Virus record (IMG/VR): IMGVR_UViG_3300045988_092074
Coordinates: 1 to 53,187 of that record
Length of the DNA: 53,187 nt
Reading direction: 5' to 3' (one strand)
Origin: a virus
The notes beneath the pieces were generated by a model. It did not search any database. It had not been told where the DNA came from and saw nothing but the letters and a program-made list of their open reading frames with translations. Both the position numbers and the translations under genes were made by a program. Shown one piece after another: positions 32,369-44,400 of this stretch. Numbering within the stretch: the stretch's first letter is position 1; each line of letters begins with the position of its first letter.

Positions 32369-33463
32369 TCATGGAGCCTTCGTGTCAATCTCGAAGTCCC
32401 CATAATTCAAATAGTCATTATCCGACACGAACTTAACGCGGTATAGATTATTAAGATCGTATCCGCTAATATACCCAGGCTTAGAGGACAGATCAACGCT
32501 GCCGGTTATCAATGTCTTTGTAGACCCCGCATTAAGGGTGAATGTCAATATTTGCTTATCTTGGAATACGACAGTATCATTAGACCGTAGCATAAACACG
32601 ACAGACACGCTTACGTTCGTGAACGTTCCGGAGGATGATCCAATATTCTTAACGGATGCCGTGTAATCCACGATAGCCGAACCATAAGTCCGTTGCTCCG
32701 CGTAAACATCAGTCCTGTACGCGCTTGTCAATACCTTAAATGACTTGGGGGCGAATGGAAGAGGAACTATGGTGCCGGAAGGATCGCCCCCTTCGGTAGA
32801 CGTTTTCTTTGCCGATGACAGGAATGAATATACCTTATACGTATATCCCGACTGAGTGCCTTGAAGCGGCAAGTCAACCTGTATGGATTTGCCCGCCCCT
32901 ATAGTATCTTCATATGTCTTCCATATGTAACCGCCAGTAGGATATTTCATCAGGGCGGCAAAATAGTATGAGGATAAATTGGATATGTCGGTAATATTCA
33001 ATATTGTATCATCTATCTCTGCGTCCCAATCAACGTTTACTTGTAAATATCCCGCAGTTTGATAGAATACATCAGGTATTATCGGCTCAGATAAAGGGAA
33101 ATATGCGCCGTGGTTATATCCAGCATAATCGCCTAACCTAAAAGGCTCAGTTGAATTTCCTCGTGGGGGAAGATATGTCCACTGTATTCCGGAATCCATG
33201 GCTGAAAGGATATTCGCTATATTGGATGATGGGTATGTAGGGATAGACAAGCCGCAAAATCCATCATTTGCCTTCCACCAATTGGCAGGCCTGTTATCGC
33301 TAAAGTTGTAACGCACAGGCTTGTATTTCGCCCACTTGTTTATCTTAGCGGCGCAAGCCGCCACACCCCCACATAATGTACCCAAATCGGTGCTTGGATA
33401 GCCAAGCGCATTACGCACGTGCAGTATGTGTAAATCCTTTTTTGGCAATATCAACGCTCCCAT
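32369..33463 (-). CDS. Putative tail-fibre-associated / receptor-binding accessory protein, 364 aa
   Basis: Immediately downstream of the tail fibre (its ATG follows the fibre stop by 1 nt). Beta-rich. Confidence 0.4.
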   Translation of the reverse strand: MGALILPKKDLHILHVRNALGYPSTDLGTLCGGVAACAAKINKWAKYKPVRYNFSDNRPANWWKANDGFCGLSIPTYPSSNIANILSAMDSGIQWTYLPPRGNSTEPFRLGDYAGYNHGAYFPLSEPIIPDVFYQTAGYLQVNVDWDAEIDDTILNITDISNLSSYYFAALMKYPTGGYIWKTYEDTIGAGKSIQVDLPLQGTQSGYTYKVYSFLSSAKKTSTEGGDPSGTIVPLPFAPKSFKVLTSAYRTDVYAEQRTYGSAIVDYTASVKNIGSSSGTFTNVSVSVVFMLRSNDTVVFQDKQILTFTLNAGSTKTLITGSVDLSSKPGYISGYDLNNLYRVKFVSDNDYLNYGDFEIDTKAP

Positions 33464-33464
33464 T

Positions 33465-36400
33465 TTACGCCGCTTTTAAATTGTTCAACTCTTCTCTTAA
33501 CTCTTTCACCTCTTCTTCAAGGTCTGCTATACGCTTGTCCTTGTCGGTCATCCATGACTTTGTAGGGCCGATGAACTTATCCAGCTTAATATTAAGCTCA
33601 TTGATGCCATTGATTGACACTACAGTAGCCAGCGTAGCGTAATCAACGGTCAATATATCACCATAATCCGGCGTGCTAGCGGCGCCTATAACCTCCGGGA
33701 ATACATTACGCACCTCTTGGGCGCTAACGCCTATCCTAGTCTTTTTGTCACCTATATCAATGCGCTTGTGATAGAAAGCATACAAGTTTTTTATCTTGTC
33801 AAGAACGCCAGATACGTTCATGCCTCGTTCTTTTAAGCGTATATCCGAACCATTGGTATAGTTACCTGCTACGTACATATTTCCAGATGGAGAGAATGAG
33901 CCTTTATTGTTGTTTGTTCCTCCAAAACAGAAATATACTATATTATCACCACGCTGCGACAAATAGAAATTGTTTGTACCTCCTTGTAACCCAAATGCAG
34001 CCCATGTAGCTTTTACTGTTACGATGTTAGTAACAATACCACCGTTGAATGAAGGTCCTGCAGGCCCAGTCGGCCCCTGTGGCCCAGTCGGCCCCTGTGG
34101 GCCGGTAGCACCTTTAGGCCCCTGTGGCCCGGTAGCCCCTTGCGGCCCACGAATATTCCTCGTGGTTGGAGTAGTCGTTGACGTGCTGTTCGTCCAGCTA
34201 AGATTACCACTCGTATCAACCGATGGATACCAGTATTTAAATGGAGCTGGAGCGTTCCCCGTGGAATATGCCACGACATCACCAGTGGCTCTTATATTTT
34301 TGCTAGACGTGAAATTACTCGTACAATTCAACGTGTCGCTTGACGTGGTTATGAGCCGGGACGTGTAATCAGCCGTGCTATTACCGTGGTGGAAGTCGAT
34401 ATGTGGAGTGGAAGCATTTAGCTCAATAGATCCTTTACCAATATAAGTATTACTGCTATTACTATTAGCACTTGTATTAGCTTCTCCCACATATACGCCT
34501 TGCGTAAAATATCCATTTGCGAATCTAGTTCCCGTACTTCCTATATTATAAGTGTTGTTAGCTCTAGGATAGATATGGTTACTGTTGATATTTGTTTTTA
34601 TAGTAAAAATACTATTATTCCAATATCCTATTTCCGATCCTACAGCATCTCCAGCTCCAGTTCCAGCGTAAAAACTATATCCTGATGTTCCCCTGTGGCC
34701 AAACAGTATAATATTAGCATCATAGGCATTTATATTAAGCTGGCCACTTTCTAATGAAGTTAATAAATATATGCCATTTCTGTATATAGTAAAAGTGTTG
34801 TTAGTCGAATAGATATTGCCGACATTTTCTAAGCTACCAAAAATGTTGGCCGTTCCATCAAACGATCTTCCCCAAATGGTTCTGGCCGTCATTAGCTTCG
34901 TGGCGCTTGAGGCGCTTGAGGCGTTTCCGATTAATGATCCTTCAAAAATAGATGCTGTTATATGGGAATCTTTAGCATAATTCCCACCATTATCGGATTT
35001 TGACAAGGCTATTGGCTCTACATAGTATTCATAACCAGCTGAAGTACTTCCAACATTAGTTCTAGCATAGTAAGTATTTATACTGTTTATTCCAGCACTG
35101 CAATATATTCTATAAGTAGCTGTTCCCCCTCTTAGCCAAAATACGATAATGGGTTTGTCATTTCCCCGAACTTCTACTTTCTTCAACAAACTTGCATACG
35201 GTTGTAGATTGCATAGTGTAGTAAAAAAGTTCGCATTGCCATCCCAAGACCCTATTCTGCCAATACCTATGTAATTAATACTACTAGTTTTATTACTATG
35301 GTTGCCATCCCAATTAGGATTTGATGTTGAACCTAACGATTTACCTACACCTATTGTATATGGGACTCCATTGGTATTAACTGCAACTTCTAAAACTACA
35401 GGATAGAATGCGTTATAATCATTTGTTACCGTTATTTCCCTAGACCTAGCAGTACTAGTATGATACCAATCAATTGTTGTATTATATAAATTACTCCTAT
35501 GATACCCATCTACCATATCAGCGTTAAGGTTATTGCATAACGTGGTAGAAACCACATCAATAGGTTTAGTTCCAGTGGCTACCTTGGAGATATAACGGCC
35601 TGTGTTGTACAGAAACATATTAGGGTCGCTACCCTCTAAAATGCCTTCCTTGCTTATAGCGATCCCATATCCAGCTAAAAACGTATCATAATACTCGTGT
35701 CTTAATATCACGTTTTGTGTTGCGTCTTGCGCAGCGGTGAATTTTATACCTGCGGCCTTGCTTTTTGCATCACTAACAGTTGATTTAAGTGTCAATTGGC
35801 TATTGATAGTATTAGATGCTATAGTTAACGCCCCGGTCATCGTATCACCTGCTTTTTTCACGTACTTGCTGTCGAGCGTAGCAGCATAATTAGCAGTGGT
35901 CAACGCTGTTAAATCCTTGGTAAACGTTATTATCTTCTTGTCAGAGCTGAGCGTTGCGTTTGTAAGTACATTGCCATTTCCTGTAACTGATATCCCCCCG
36001 ATAGTACCGGTTCCAGATACTGATATAGTTCCGTCAGCTGATATAGATATGCCAGACCCGATCTTCACCGCCCCAAGCGAGTTTGTACCGGCTATAGGAA
36101 GGACTATGTCGCCGGAACCAGTGGCGTAAGCGACTACATCGCCACCCGCTTTCACGTTTCCACTAAATATTGAATCAATTGCATTAATATTAAATTCCTT
36201 CAAACACGTATTTAAGTACCCGCTTAGATGAAAATTATATGATGCTACACCATTTTTACCATATTGCAACCATAGATCAGTTGAAGTTGATTCTACTATT
36301 CTAAATGATGTACCATTATTAGCGTGATATCCGTCTATGTATGTATATGATACATTTGCTGTACCATCGGCTTTAAGCCCTAACAATGATGATGCGCCTC

Positions 36401-39113
36401 TTATATCTAGTTTTGCTTGTGGGGCGGTCGTACCTATACCAACGTTTCCATTAGATATAATTCTCATCCTTTCATTTAAATCGGTAGATGTTCTGAATAT
36501 AATGGTGGAACCAGATAAGATAGTATTAGTATTTTTTTGTGCGTTACCAGTGCCAATGAACAATTCGTTAAATGAGCTAATATAAAATACAGACATATCA
36601 CTCCCATCTGTATGTTTGGCATATATATTTCTTGCGTTATTCATAGTTATATTCCCTACCCCTGTCATATTACCGGATACGTTCTGTGTCCCATCGAAGT
36701 TTTGGCCCCAAATGGTTCGGGCCGTCATTAGCTTCGTGGCGCTTGAGGCGTTTCCGACAAATGCCCCTGAATATCTCCACTTATTATTCTCCGTGCCGAA
36801 CAATTGCAAATTTCCACTAAGACTATTGAACTGCCCACTACAATACTTAGGTAATAGTGTTGTCGCATCATACCCATTGCTACTATATAATGATAGCACA
36901 AACCATCCATTGGAATTAGGAGTTGCTATTCCTTGCAGCGTTATACTCCCACGATTGGCGTAACTCTTAATAGCCCATTTACATATAGCTTTCAAATAAT
37001 CCTCTGTGGGATGCCCAGCGCTTTCATAATCACTTCTTAGCAATCCTTGGGAAATCAAAGTGCTCCATGATGGGAAATTAAGGTACAGAGCTACTTGATT
37101 ATTTGCAAACCCAGCGTGATGCCCATCTACCATATCAGCATCCAATCCGGAGCCGGAGCCATCATTATCCTTATGCCAGAACGTGAGCCCCTTGGTAAAG
37201 GCTATAATCTTATTATCGTTCGTCAACTCTACATCTGTAAGGGCGTTCCCGGTTCCTGTTTTCGTTATACCAGACACGCTACCACCGACATCGCCCGCCA
37301 CGCTCAGCGTTCCATCTGTAGCTATATTAAGACCGCTCCCAACCTTGACCATGCCTAACGCCCCGGTACCGGCTATAGGGCTTATGATATCATAATTCCC
37401 TGTAGCGTAGGCAACGATATCACCGGTAGCCAAAACGTTATCACTGGCGTCCACCTTGACATAATGGTTATCGTCCTTATAATTGAGGTATAAGTTGGAC
37501 AGCACGGCGTTCGTGCCTGTCATCCCGTTAATCGAGTTACCCCCAGAGAAACGGACCCATTGCGCCGATTTATCCTTGGCCACGTCAAATGTCTTGTCGC
37601 TGTTAAGGTGTATGAGGCCGTTGATGCTCGGCACGCCTGTCATCGCCCCGGTAGCTATCCCGTTGGAGTTGAGTTTCTGCCCCCACCATGTGGCGGCGTA
37701 TAGCTTGTCTCCTTCCAGTACAGTGCCCTTGGCATTACCGAACTTCACTGCGAACTGGTTCTGCGTATCCTCCGTGTTAGGTTGGTTCAATAATTGCAAA
37801 CCCGTTCCAGCGTAATAGATCTTACCCTTGCCGCCGAAATCAGGATCCAGCGATAATAGGCCGGTGGCAGAATCAATGATGAGCCCACTATCCTCCTTTA
37901 TCATAACAGCACCCAACATGCCATATCCTGCGTGGGGGAGTATGATGTCATGATCAGAGGTAGCGTAAGCCACGATGTCTCCTATTGATAATATGTGCTT
38001 AGCATTCTTAGGAATAAGATAACTATTATCTGGATCTGTATCAACATAGTTCCAATATCTATCAGCTAACTTATTGATAGAAAGCTTCATAGCTTCACCG
38101 TATCCTAAGTCTAATGCTAGATAACCGACTTCTGGTAAAGCATCATTCACATACTCAGTTAATTCTCTGATTAGTTTACCAGCAAATTCTGCTTGTACTG
38201 ATACTTGAACAGTTCTTGTATACTGCGCTATTACATCCTTGCCAAACATCAAGGGACTGCTCTTTTCATATAATAGCGCGTTATTAAAAGTCGTTCCAGA
38301 TTCAGAAGGGCCATTCAGTATATTTGCTATCTTAGTAACTACAGTATCTGTCTCAAATTCTGCGTCGACTGCCGCAACATCGCCGTAGTCTTCCCAATCC
38401 ACATTGACTGAGAATGATAAAGCTCTATATACTTTTCCATCGCTTGTTATATTTATGTTATCACACATACGAACAAGCCTTAATGCATCACACATAAATT
38501 CTGGTGCATTAAAAGTCATGTTGTATACTTTAGAACTGGTTTGCTTTTCTATAAACTTATAACCATCTCTTTCAGTAAGTTCTTCTTCAAAAGGATACGA
38601 AGGTTTACCTATTTTAGTGCTAAGATAGCATACAAACTTAAACCCTGAAGTGTAATCTATATGACCACCTTTAAAATAAAGATTGTCGTTATCCCAGTAC
38701 TCAAGTTTTATATAGCAACTAATGTTAGAAACTACTGTAAATACCTCTGAATACCAGGTTTTAGTACCTTGCTTTAATACTATATAGTGTCTGCCCTCGC
38801 TTAGTTTTGGAGATATTGTGCTATTCCCCTTATGCATCACTATGCTATAAGCATTGTTATCATCATCTGTATGATTAGTAACCTGTATATCGAGTTTGCC
38901 CGTTAAATCTATAGATTTATTACTATTAAGACTCTTTACTACTATACTGGTAACATTTCCTAGTGAGCCTGGAGACACGAATTGAAAGGGAAGAATGCTA
39001 TTATCCGGGGCTATAAGACCCCAGATACTACCATACACGTATGACTTGCGATGATTCTGTTGATCAATAGAATCATACCAAGCTAATATGTTAAAATTAT
39101 TGTTAGGTGACAT
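33465..39113 (-). CDS. Tail fibre, 1882 aa, with collagen-like triple-helix segment and C-terminal S74-type intramolecular chaperone domain
   Basis: (G-X-Y)10 [33 protein letters not shown]-terminal SDIRLKE...[14 protein letters not shown]...VDYATL (about 33468-33848) plus a terminal coiled coil. Repeated modules GD(I/V)VAYATxxxDIxxPIAGxxxLGxVKxGSG (four copies), LxADMVDG(H/Y)H (three copies) and [17 protein letters not shown] (two copies). Confidence 0.9.
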   Translation of the reverse strand: MSPNNNFNILAWYDSIDQQNHRKSYVYGSIWGLIAPDNSILPFQFVSPGSLGNVTSIVVKSLNSNKSIDLTGKLDIQVTNHTDDDNNAYSIVMHKGNSTISPKLSEGRHYIVLKQGTKTWYSEVFTVVSNISCYIKLEYWDNDNLYFKGGHIDYTSGFKFVCYLSTKIGKPSYPFEEELTERDGYKFIEKQTSSKVYNMTFNAPEFMCDALRLVRMCDNINITSDGKVYRALSFSVNVDWEDYGDVAAVDAEFETDTVVTKIANILNGPSESGTTFNNALLYEKSSPLMFGKDVIAQYTRTVQVSVQAEFAGKLIRELTEYVNDALPEVGYLALDLGYGEAMKLSINKLADRYWNYVDTDPDNSYLIPKNAKHILSIGDIVAYATSDHDIILPHAGYGMLGAVMIKEDSGLIIDSATGLLSLDPDFGGKGKIYYAGTGLQLLNQPNTEDTQNQFAVKFGNAKGTVLEGDKLYAATWWGQKLNSNGIATGAMTGVPSINGLIHLNSDKTFDVAKDKSAQWVRFSGGNSINGMTGTNAVLSNLYLNYKDDNHYVKVDASDNVLATGDIVAYATGNYDIISPIAGTGALGMVKVGSGLNIATDGTLSVAGDVGGSVSGITKTGTGNALTDVELTNDNKIIAFTKGLTFWHKDNDGSGSGLDADMVDGHHAGFANNQVALYLNFPSWSTLISQGLLRSDYESAGHPTEDYLKAICKWAIKSYANRGSITLQGIATPNSNGWFVLSLYSSNGYDATTLLPKYCSGQFNSLSGNLQLFGTENNKWRYSGAFVGNASSATKLMTARTIWGQNFDGTQNVSGNMTGVGNITMNNARNIYAKHTDGSDMSVFYISSFNELFIGTGNAQKNTNTILSGSTIIFRTSTDLNERMRIISNGNVGIGTTAPQAKLDIRGASSLLGLKADGTANVSYTYIDGYHANNGTSFRIVESTSTDLWLQYGKNGVASYNFHLSGYLNTCLKEFNINAIDSIFSGNVKAGGDVVAYATGSGDIVLPIAGTNSLGAVKIGSGISISADGTISVSGTGTIGGISVTGNGNVLTNATLSSDKKIITFTKDLTALTTANYAATLDSKYVKKAGDTMTGALTIASNTINSQLTLKSTVSDAKSKAAGIKFTAAQDATQNVILRHEYYDTFLAGYGIAISKEGILEGSDPNMFLYNTGRYISKVATGTKPIDVVSTTLCNNLNADMVDGYHRSNLYNTTIDWYHTSTARSREITVTNDYNAFYPVVLEVAVNTNGVPYTIGVGKSLGSTSNPNWDGNHSNKTSSINYIGIGRIGSWDGNANFFTTLCNLQPYASLLKKVEVRGNDKPIIVFWLRGGTATYRIYCSAGINSINTYYARTNVGSTSAGYEYYVEPIALSKSDNGGNYAKDSHITASIFEGSLIGNASSASSATKLMTARTIWGRSFDGTANIFGSLENVGNIYSTNNTFTIYRNGIYLLTSLESGQLNINAYDANIILFGHRGTSGYSFYAGTGAGDAVGSEIGYWNNSIFTIKTNINSNHIYPRANNTYNIGSTGTRFANGYFTQGVYVGEANTSANSNSSNTYIGKGSIELNASTPHIDFHHGNSTADYTSRLITTSSDTLNCTSNFTSSKNIRATGDVVAYSTGNAPAPFKYWYPSVDTSGNLSWTNSTSTTTPTTRNIRGPQGATGPQGPKGATGPQGPTGPQGPTGPAGPSFNGGIVTNIVTVKATWAAFGLQGGTNNFYLSQRGDNIVYFCFGGTNNNKGSFSPSGNMYVAGNYTNGSDIRLKERGMNVSGVLDKIKNLYAFYHKRIDIGDKKTRIGVSAQEVRNVFPEVIGAASTPDYGDILTVDYATLATVVSINGINELNIKLDKFIGPTKSWMTDKDKRIADLEEEVKELREELNNLKAA
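34053..34148 (-). repeat. Collagen-like G-X-Y repeat coding segment (32 codons)
   Basis: Read directly. This GC-rich block generates spurious ORFs in other frames and on the other strand. Confidence 0.9.
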
Positions 39114-39199
39114 TGTACAGCAGCTTTTTGTTATTGCGAATATATGTATATAATATGAAAGAAAAAATTAATTTAACTATTTTTAATAAAAACTATACT

Positions 39200-41467
39200 T
39201 TATTTAGGCTTACTTAATATGGTTACTTCAGCTTGTTTAGATATTAAGTCTATAAGCATTTCAGATATATAGCCGATCCCTAAATCTGTTTTGATCGCAC
39301 TATATAAATCAGGTATAGTATTTAATATGGAAAATTTTACTTCCTGCGATACACATGCCTTAACACTTATAACTTCAAGTGATGTTAATTCAGAATAGCT
39401 TATATTGTCTCCTGGCATATCAAGCATATAAAACTTTATTAAATAAAACCACGATAGATACCCATTCTGTAAATTAAGCGAATATAATAAGCCACTATCG
39501 CTTGAAGTCAATTCAAATTTAATAAATGGTAGTTCCCAATTAGAGCCTACTTTTTTAGCAGCCATGAGAGCGAAACCATCCATCGAGAAATCGGATGGGC
39601 TTAAAAGCATATAATCGATATCAGATGTGAAATTACTTACTGATACATCTTCGTTAAGACTCTTATCCACGTAAGTTGATTTTACATCTATGCTAGTACC
39701 CTTGAATGCATCAGTCACTGTGTCCATCCAGCTAAATTCATACCTAGATGCCAATTCCTGTTTCACATATGACACCTCAGTTTGTTTATACCCTACATGT
39801 TTTAAATTACGTGGGTCTGTCATAGTTGTAAGATCATACTGCACAACTTGATTACCTCCAGTTACATATGTGCGCCCATTATTATACCAAGAAACATGCT
39901 CTATTATAAACTTACCATTTTCTATATGCCAATAGCATCTAAAGCACTGTTCGAGCATATCCATTATACTTTTCAATGACAAAGTAGCTCTTTGGGCTGC
40001 TTGATCATATTCTCCTTTTAGTATATTGGATTTAGGTGTAATAAATAGCGTAAATGTATCATATACAATAGGGTTGGGGCTTCCATATAAAAATTTACTA
40101 TATTCTTCAGTAGCTTCATGCGATATGCCAGGCGCTATTTTAGATAATAAAGCTTTTATTACATCTGATAATTTAAATGCATCTTTAAGTTTATATTTTT
40201 TTCTTGTAGATGTATCGATACTATCGTATGCCATAGAATATATATACCATATAGAAGCATTACTCCATGAATTGCGGCATATAGGAAGTGGAGAACTAAA
40301 CCCAGTAGATAATGATATAAACGCACTAGTGAAATAATCTCCATTATCATTTATGCCAAATCTGGTTGGTTGCTTTGACGTTCTAGATGTTGCTACTATA
40401 GTATTTGAAGATCTTAAACCTATTACTTTTTTGTAATTACTACTATTATTAGCTATGTCTTCAAGTGGTATATCATATGTATTTTTGACATTTCCGGAAG
40501 TTATTTCGATAGAATCAACATCGCATAACAGCCTTTGGTATATGCTATGTACCATAGCATATTTAGGTTTAAATGCTACTGTTTCAGATTGAGTACCATT
40601 TGAGCTGTCCCATTTATAGAAATTAATTTCATTACCTATATAAAAAGGAGTCGTGCTATCAAATAATGGTTCCCAAAATTCGCCTTCTAGCTTTATAATA
40701 TTAGTAACCGGCTCAGACCTATATATAGCAACATTTGACGCATTATATAGATAGTATCTACCCTTTTTGTCATTGTCTTTCTTATACTGCAAATAGTACA
40801 GATTCTCATTGCGTATTTTACCAGATACACCATCAGGATTAACTGCAGCATATACCCCATCCACTCCAGATGCTACGCCTGTTATATTTACTTCTGATAT
40901 ACCACCGTAAGGCTCAAAATAGTATTTTTCCATCAGCTCCTTGGCGTCGCTTACTATCTCGTTCACGTCTTGCTCCCAGTATGTTCCGCCTACGAAGTTA
41001 GTTACAGTAGAGCTACCAGCTATATACACCTGTATACATGCGCGTTTATATAGATAAAGAGGTGTAATGACTGGTGGTATCTCTAGGAGCTCATATTCAT
41101 TCTCATAATTATCAACGATGTTAGAATAGCTATCGATTGGAGAAATTTTTGGCTCACACATCTTAAAACTAACATCGAATTTACAATCAGTTTTACTAAA
41201 TGTGCCTCTGAAAAATTCTCTCTTTTTGCCTGATACTTCTTCTTCAATTATTAATGTAAACTTTGTGTTAATATTCGAATTATATATTAACTCAAAATTC
41301 TGGCCAAAAAACTGTATTTTACCTTCAAGTGTCTCTCTGAAAAACCTTTTGCCATTTTCAAATGCATACTTCTTTTTCAGATTCTTAAAATGAGGTGATA
41401 CTTCAGTTATATCATACCCGGTAACCGTATCGCGCCTTATCTTAAACGTATACTTATTTACTTTCAT
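39200..41467 (-). CDS. Distal tail / baseplate protein (Dit/Tal position), 755 aa
   Basis: Directly downstream of the tape measure (4-nt overlap) and upstream of the fibre. Assigned by position only. Confidence 0.45.
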   Translation of the reverse strand: MKVNKYTFKIRRDTVTGYDITEVSPHFKNLKKKYAFENGKRFFRETLEGKIQFFGQNFELIYNSNINTKFTLIIEEEVSGKKREFFRGTFSKTDCKFDVSFKMCEPKISPIDSYSNIVDNYENEYELLEIPPVITPLYLYKRACIQVYIAGSSTVTNFVGGTYWEQDVNEIVSDAKELMEKYYFEPYGGISEVNITGVASGVDGVYAAVNPDGVSGKIRNENLYYLQYKKDNDKKGRYYLYNASNVAIYRSEPVTNIIKLEGEFWEPLFDSTTPFYIGNEINFYKWDSSNGTQSETVAFKPKYAMVHSIYQRLLCDVDSIEITSGNVKNTYDIPLEDIANNSSNYKKVIGLRSSNTIVATSRTSKQPTRFGINDNGDYFTSAFISLSTGFSSPLPICRNSWSNASIWYIYSMAYDSIDTSTRKKYKLKDAFKLSDVIKALLSKIAPGISHEATEEYSKFLYGSPNPIVYDTFTLFITPKSNILKGEYDQAAQRATLSLKSIMDMLEQCFRCYWHIENGKFIIEHVSWYNNGRTYVTGGNQVVQYDLTTMTDPRNLKHVGYKQTEVSYVKQELASRYEFSWMDTVTDAFKGTSIDVKSTYVDKSLNEDVSVSNFTSDIDYMLLSPSDFSMDGFALMAAKKVGSNWELPFIKFELTSSDSGLLYSLNLQNGYLSWFYLIKFYMLDMPGDNISYSELTSLEVISVKACVSQEVKFSILNTIPDLYSAIKTDLGIGYISEMLIDLISKQAEVTILSKPK

Positions 41468-44400
41468 GAGCGTATAATTTTAGTTAGATTACCATTTCTT
41501 ATAATAGTTCTACCTTGGCCATCTACAAATATCTTTTCACCATTCTGCTTTATTATCTTATCAAGACTGCTTTCGATTTTGTGCAGATCAGCATTTGACT
41601 GATTTATGAATATATCAGCATCGGCATCTCTATTAAAAGCGTTGGCGTATTTATCTTCAAATATCCCTTTGTTTAAGCTATTAATAACGTCTGGTAATAT
41701 CTTACGGTATTTCCTTGTCTTATTCTTGTTAATGATAGCAAGGGCTTCTCCACCTTCAGCTTTCATCCTGTGTTTCTTTTTATTCTTTACACCTAAGTCA
41801 ATATCGTTGCCAGATGCATGAGATCCTCCTTCCAAAAACTCGAGACCACCTTCACCATATTCATCTGATTGACTTACTGTTACTTGCTTAGCTTTAACTT
41901 TAGCTGTAGCAAATGAAGTCCACATTGTAGCTATAGCGGCTAATGCAAGTGCTGGGCCAACAATAGGGATTGAAGAAAATGAGCTCCATAAATTAGCGGA
42001 TGCAGTAATAAGTGAAGATGCCTGAGTAATGCTATTCAATGATTCTTGACGTCTTTGGGCTGCTTCAAGCATTTTTTGCTTTTCTTGTTGATTTTTCTTT
42101 TCTTGTTCAAGCTCTTTTCTAGCGGTTGCTACATTATTAGCATAACCATTATTACGAGCCTCAATTTCAGCATCATAGGCTTTTTGTGCAGCTTCTACTC
42201 TAGCCTCAGCTGCTTCTACAATCTGCTTAGACATTTCAACCTCAGCATCAACAATGGATTGAAGTTGTTCTATTACTATATTTACTGCATCTTTTAAAGC
42301 ATCAACTTGATCATCATCAAAACCGAGTTTCTCAAGCAGAGTGCCACCTAAACCTTTTTTGCCGATATTTTTAATAAAATCATTGAGCTCTGACAATTCA
42401 CGATCTATACCTTTAACAGTAGCTTTGGCAGCATCAATCTGAGCTTGACTCCAATCTAATCCGCCGGTTTCTGCTAAACGTATTTGTTCTTGCCATCTAG
42501 CTTTTTCTTGCTCAAGTTTGAATCTGGTTATCTCAGTTTCGCTGCGCTTAACTTCATTAAATATAGCTTCATCAAGAGCTTGTTGCTCATCAAAACTTGA
42601 CATGCTAAAACTACCAACAGCAATAGCTTTTTGTTTATCAAAAGATGTGTTTATAGCACTTGTAGGTTGCCTTTTAGCTTCTGGCAACTGAGCATTCTTA
42701 AGTAATGCTATTTGTCTTTCAACATCCAATCGTTTTAAAGAATTGCTGAGTTCTTCATAAGAGCCTTTTTTAGATACTTCGCCTTCTAACTCTAATAACT
42801 CTAACAGCTGTTCAGCTTTTTGTATTTCTACATCTATATTAAGCAAATCTAGGCTTAAAGTTAAGCCTTTTTGCTTATTCTCTATAGCGTTTTCTATATC
42901 CTCTAATGCTTTAATAGCCGTTTCTTTTTGACTTTCTGTAAGCTCTTTATATTTTTCATCTTGACCTTTTAATATTTTTTGGATTCTGGTGTATTTATCA
43001 TTTAAATCAGCTATTTCTTGATTAAATGATGCGAACGCTTCAGCTCTGCGCTTCTTATTTTCATCTCTCTCTATCTCCGTGCGACTCTTTTGATATGCTT
43101 TTTCAGCTGCTAAAGCAAGAGTATTCAGTCTATCATCAGCATCTCTCGGTGTGCGTTTTTTATCTTTTTTATGAGATTCTTCTAAACCGATTTCTTTAAA
43201 TAGAGCATCTGCTTGATCTTCATAAAATTTCCATACATTAAAATAACTTTCAACTTCTTGCTCAAGAGATTTTGCGTCTTTTTGTAGGCTTTCTACATTT
43301 CTCTGCCTTTGCTTTTTTAACCTAGTTTCAAGTGACAAATCAGAATCTGGCCCAGAGATGCCGCCCCATAAGGCTTTAAAATAATTCATAGTTTTATCGA
43401 AAAAGCCGTATTCACGCACTTTCTCTGCCTCGGCCTTATTCTCTGCAGCTAATAATTTTTGATATTGTTGAGATACAATATTCAATGCAGCTTCTGCTTT
43501 AGCTCTTGCTTTATACGCAGCTACAACAGATTCTGTGTTTTCTACGAAAGCATTATTAGCGTCATTTATGTTATCTATGGTGATTCCTAGTTTGCCAAAT
43601 TCCTTTTCATTATCCTTAATCCACTGTGTTTGTGCTTTTATGTTATCACCTAAATCTCTCCAATTTTCAGATAACCTTCTTAGCACAGCTATTTGCTGAC
43701 CATATGCACCAGTTGAGCCTTTTCCTAATTCACTGTTTAAATCTTCTAATGCGTCTTCAAAAGATTTTGCTGCATCTCTACCTGCTAATGTTTTGTCAAT
43801 CCATGTGATAATTTCTTTACCATACATAGAAAACACGGTAAGTAGCACAACAAGTGCAGTATTCCAGCCAAATAAAGCTTTAACTATTGAACCTGTTACA
43901 CTTATTTGCTTTTTTCCTTCTGCAGCTAATAGCTCATTTTGTCTTCTTAGTCTTTTAATTTCATCGACCACCATAGGTATATTATTCGATATACCTAAGA
44001 AAAAAGTATTAAGTGATACAGCTGCAGCAGGTAATTCTCGTACTACTTGAGAAATAGAAATACCTAAACCATCCCATGTTTTTTGGTAATGACCTACAGA
44101 TAATCTATAATTACCTGTTGCTTCTTGCAATTTTATCATCTGTTGATAAATTGCATTTGTCTCGGTTTCAAGTTTTTTACCAGAGTCAGCAGCTTCTCTT
44201 TCAGCTGCAGACATTTGGTTAAGTCGTATCTTATTCAACGCATATTGAGCTGAAAGCCTATTATAAGAGCCTTCTGCAGAATTAGCGATTGTGGCTTGTA
44301 GTTGAGCAATTTGATTTGCCTCTCGTATCTGGGTTGAATAGAGTTTAAGCTGCTTGTTTTCTTCTGATTGGGCATAGGCAAGTTTCTCTTGAGCCTGAGT

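Noticed and set aside
33970-34368. Plus-strand 132-aa ORF rich in Gly/Pro (and the minus-strand alternative-frame ORF 34019-34282).
   Set aside because: Both are shadows of the collagen-like G-X-Y repeat of the tail-fibre gene. The GC-rich periodic sequence keeps all frames open.
34870-36757. Duplicated tail-fibre segments, considered as a diversity-generating retroelement template/variable repeat pair.
   Set aside because: There is no reverse transcriptase anywhere in the genome. The differences are not adenine-specific, and both copies are in-frame parts of the same gene.
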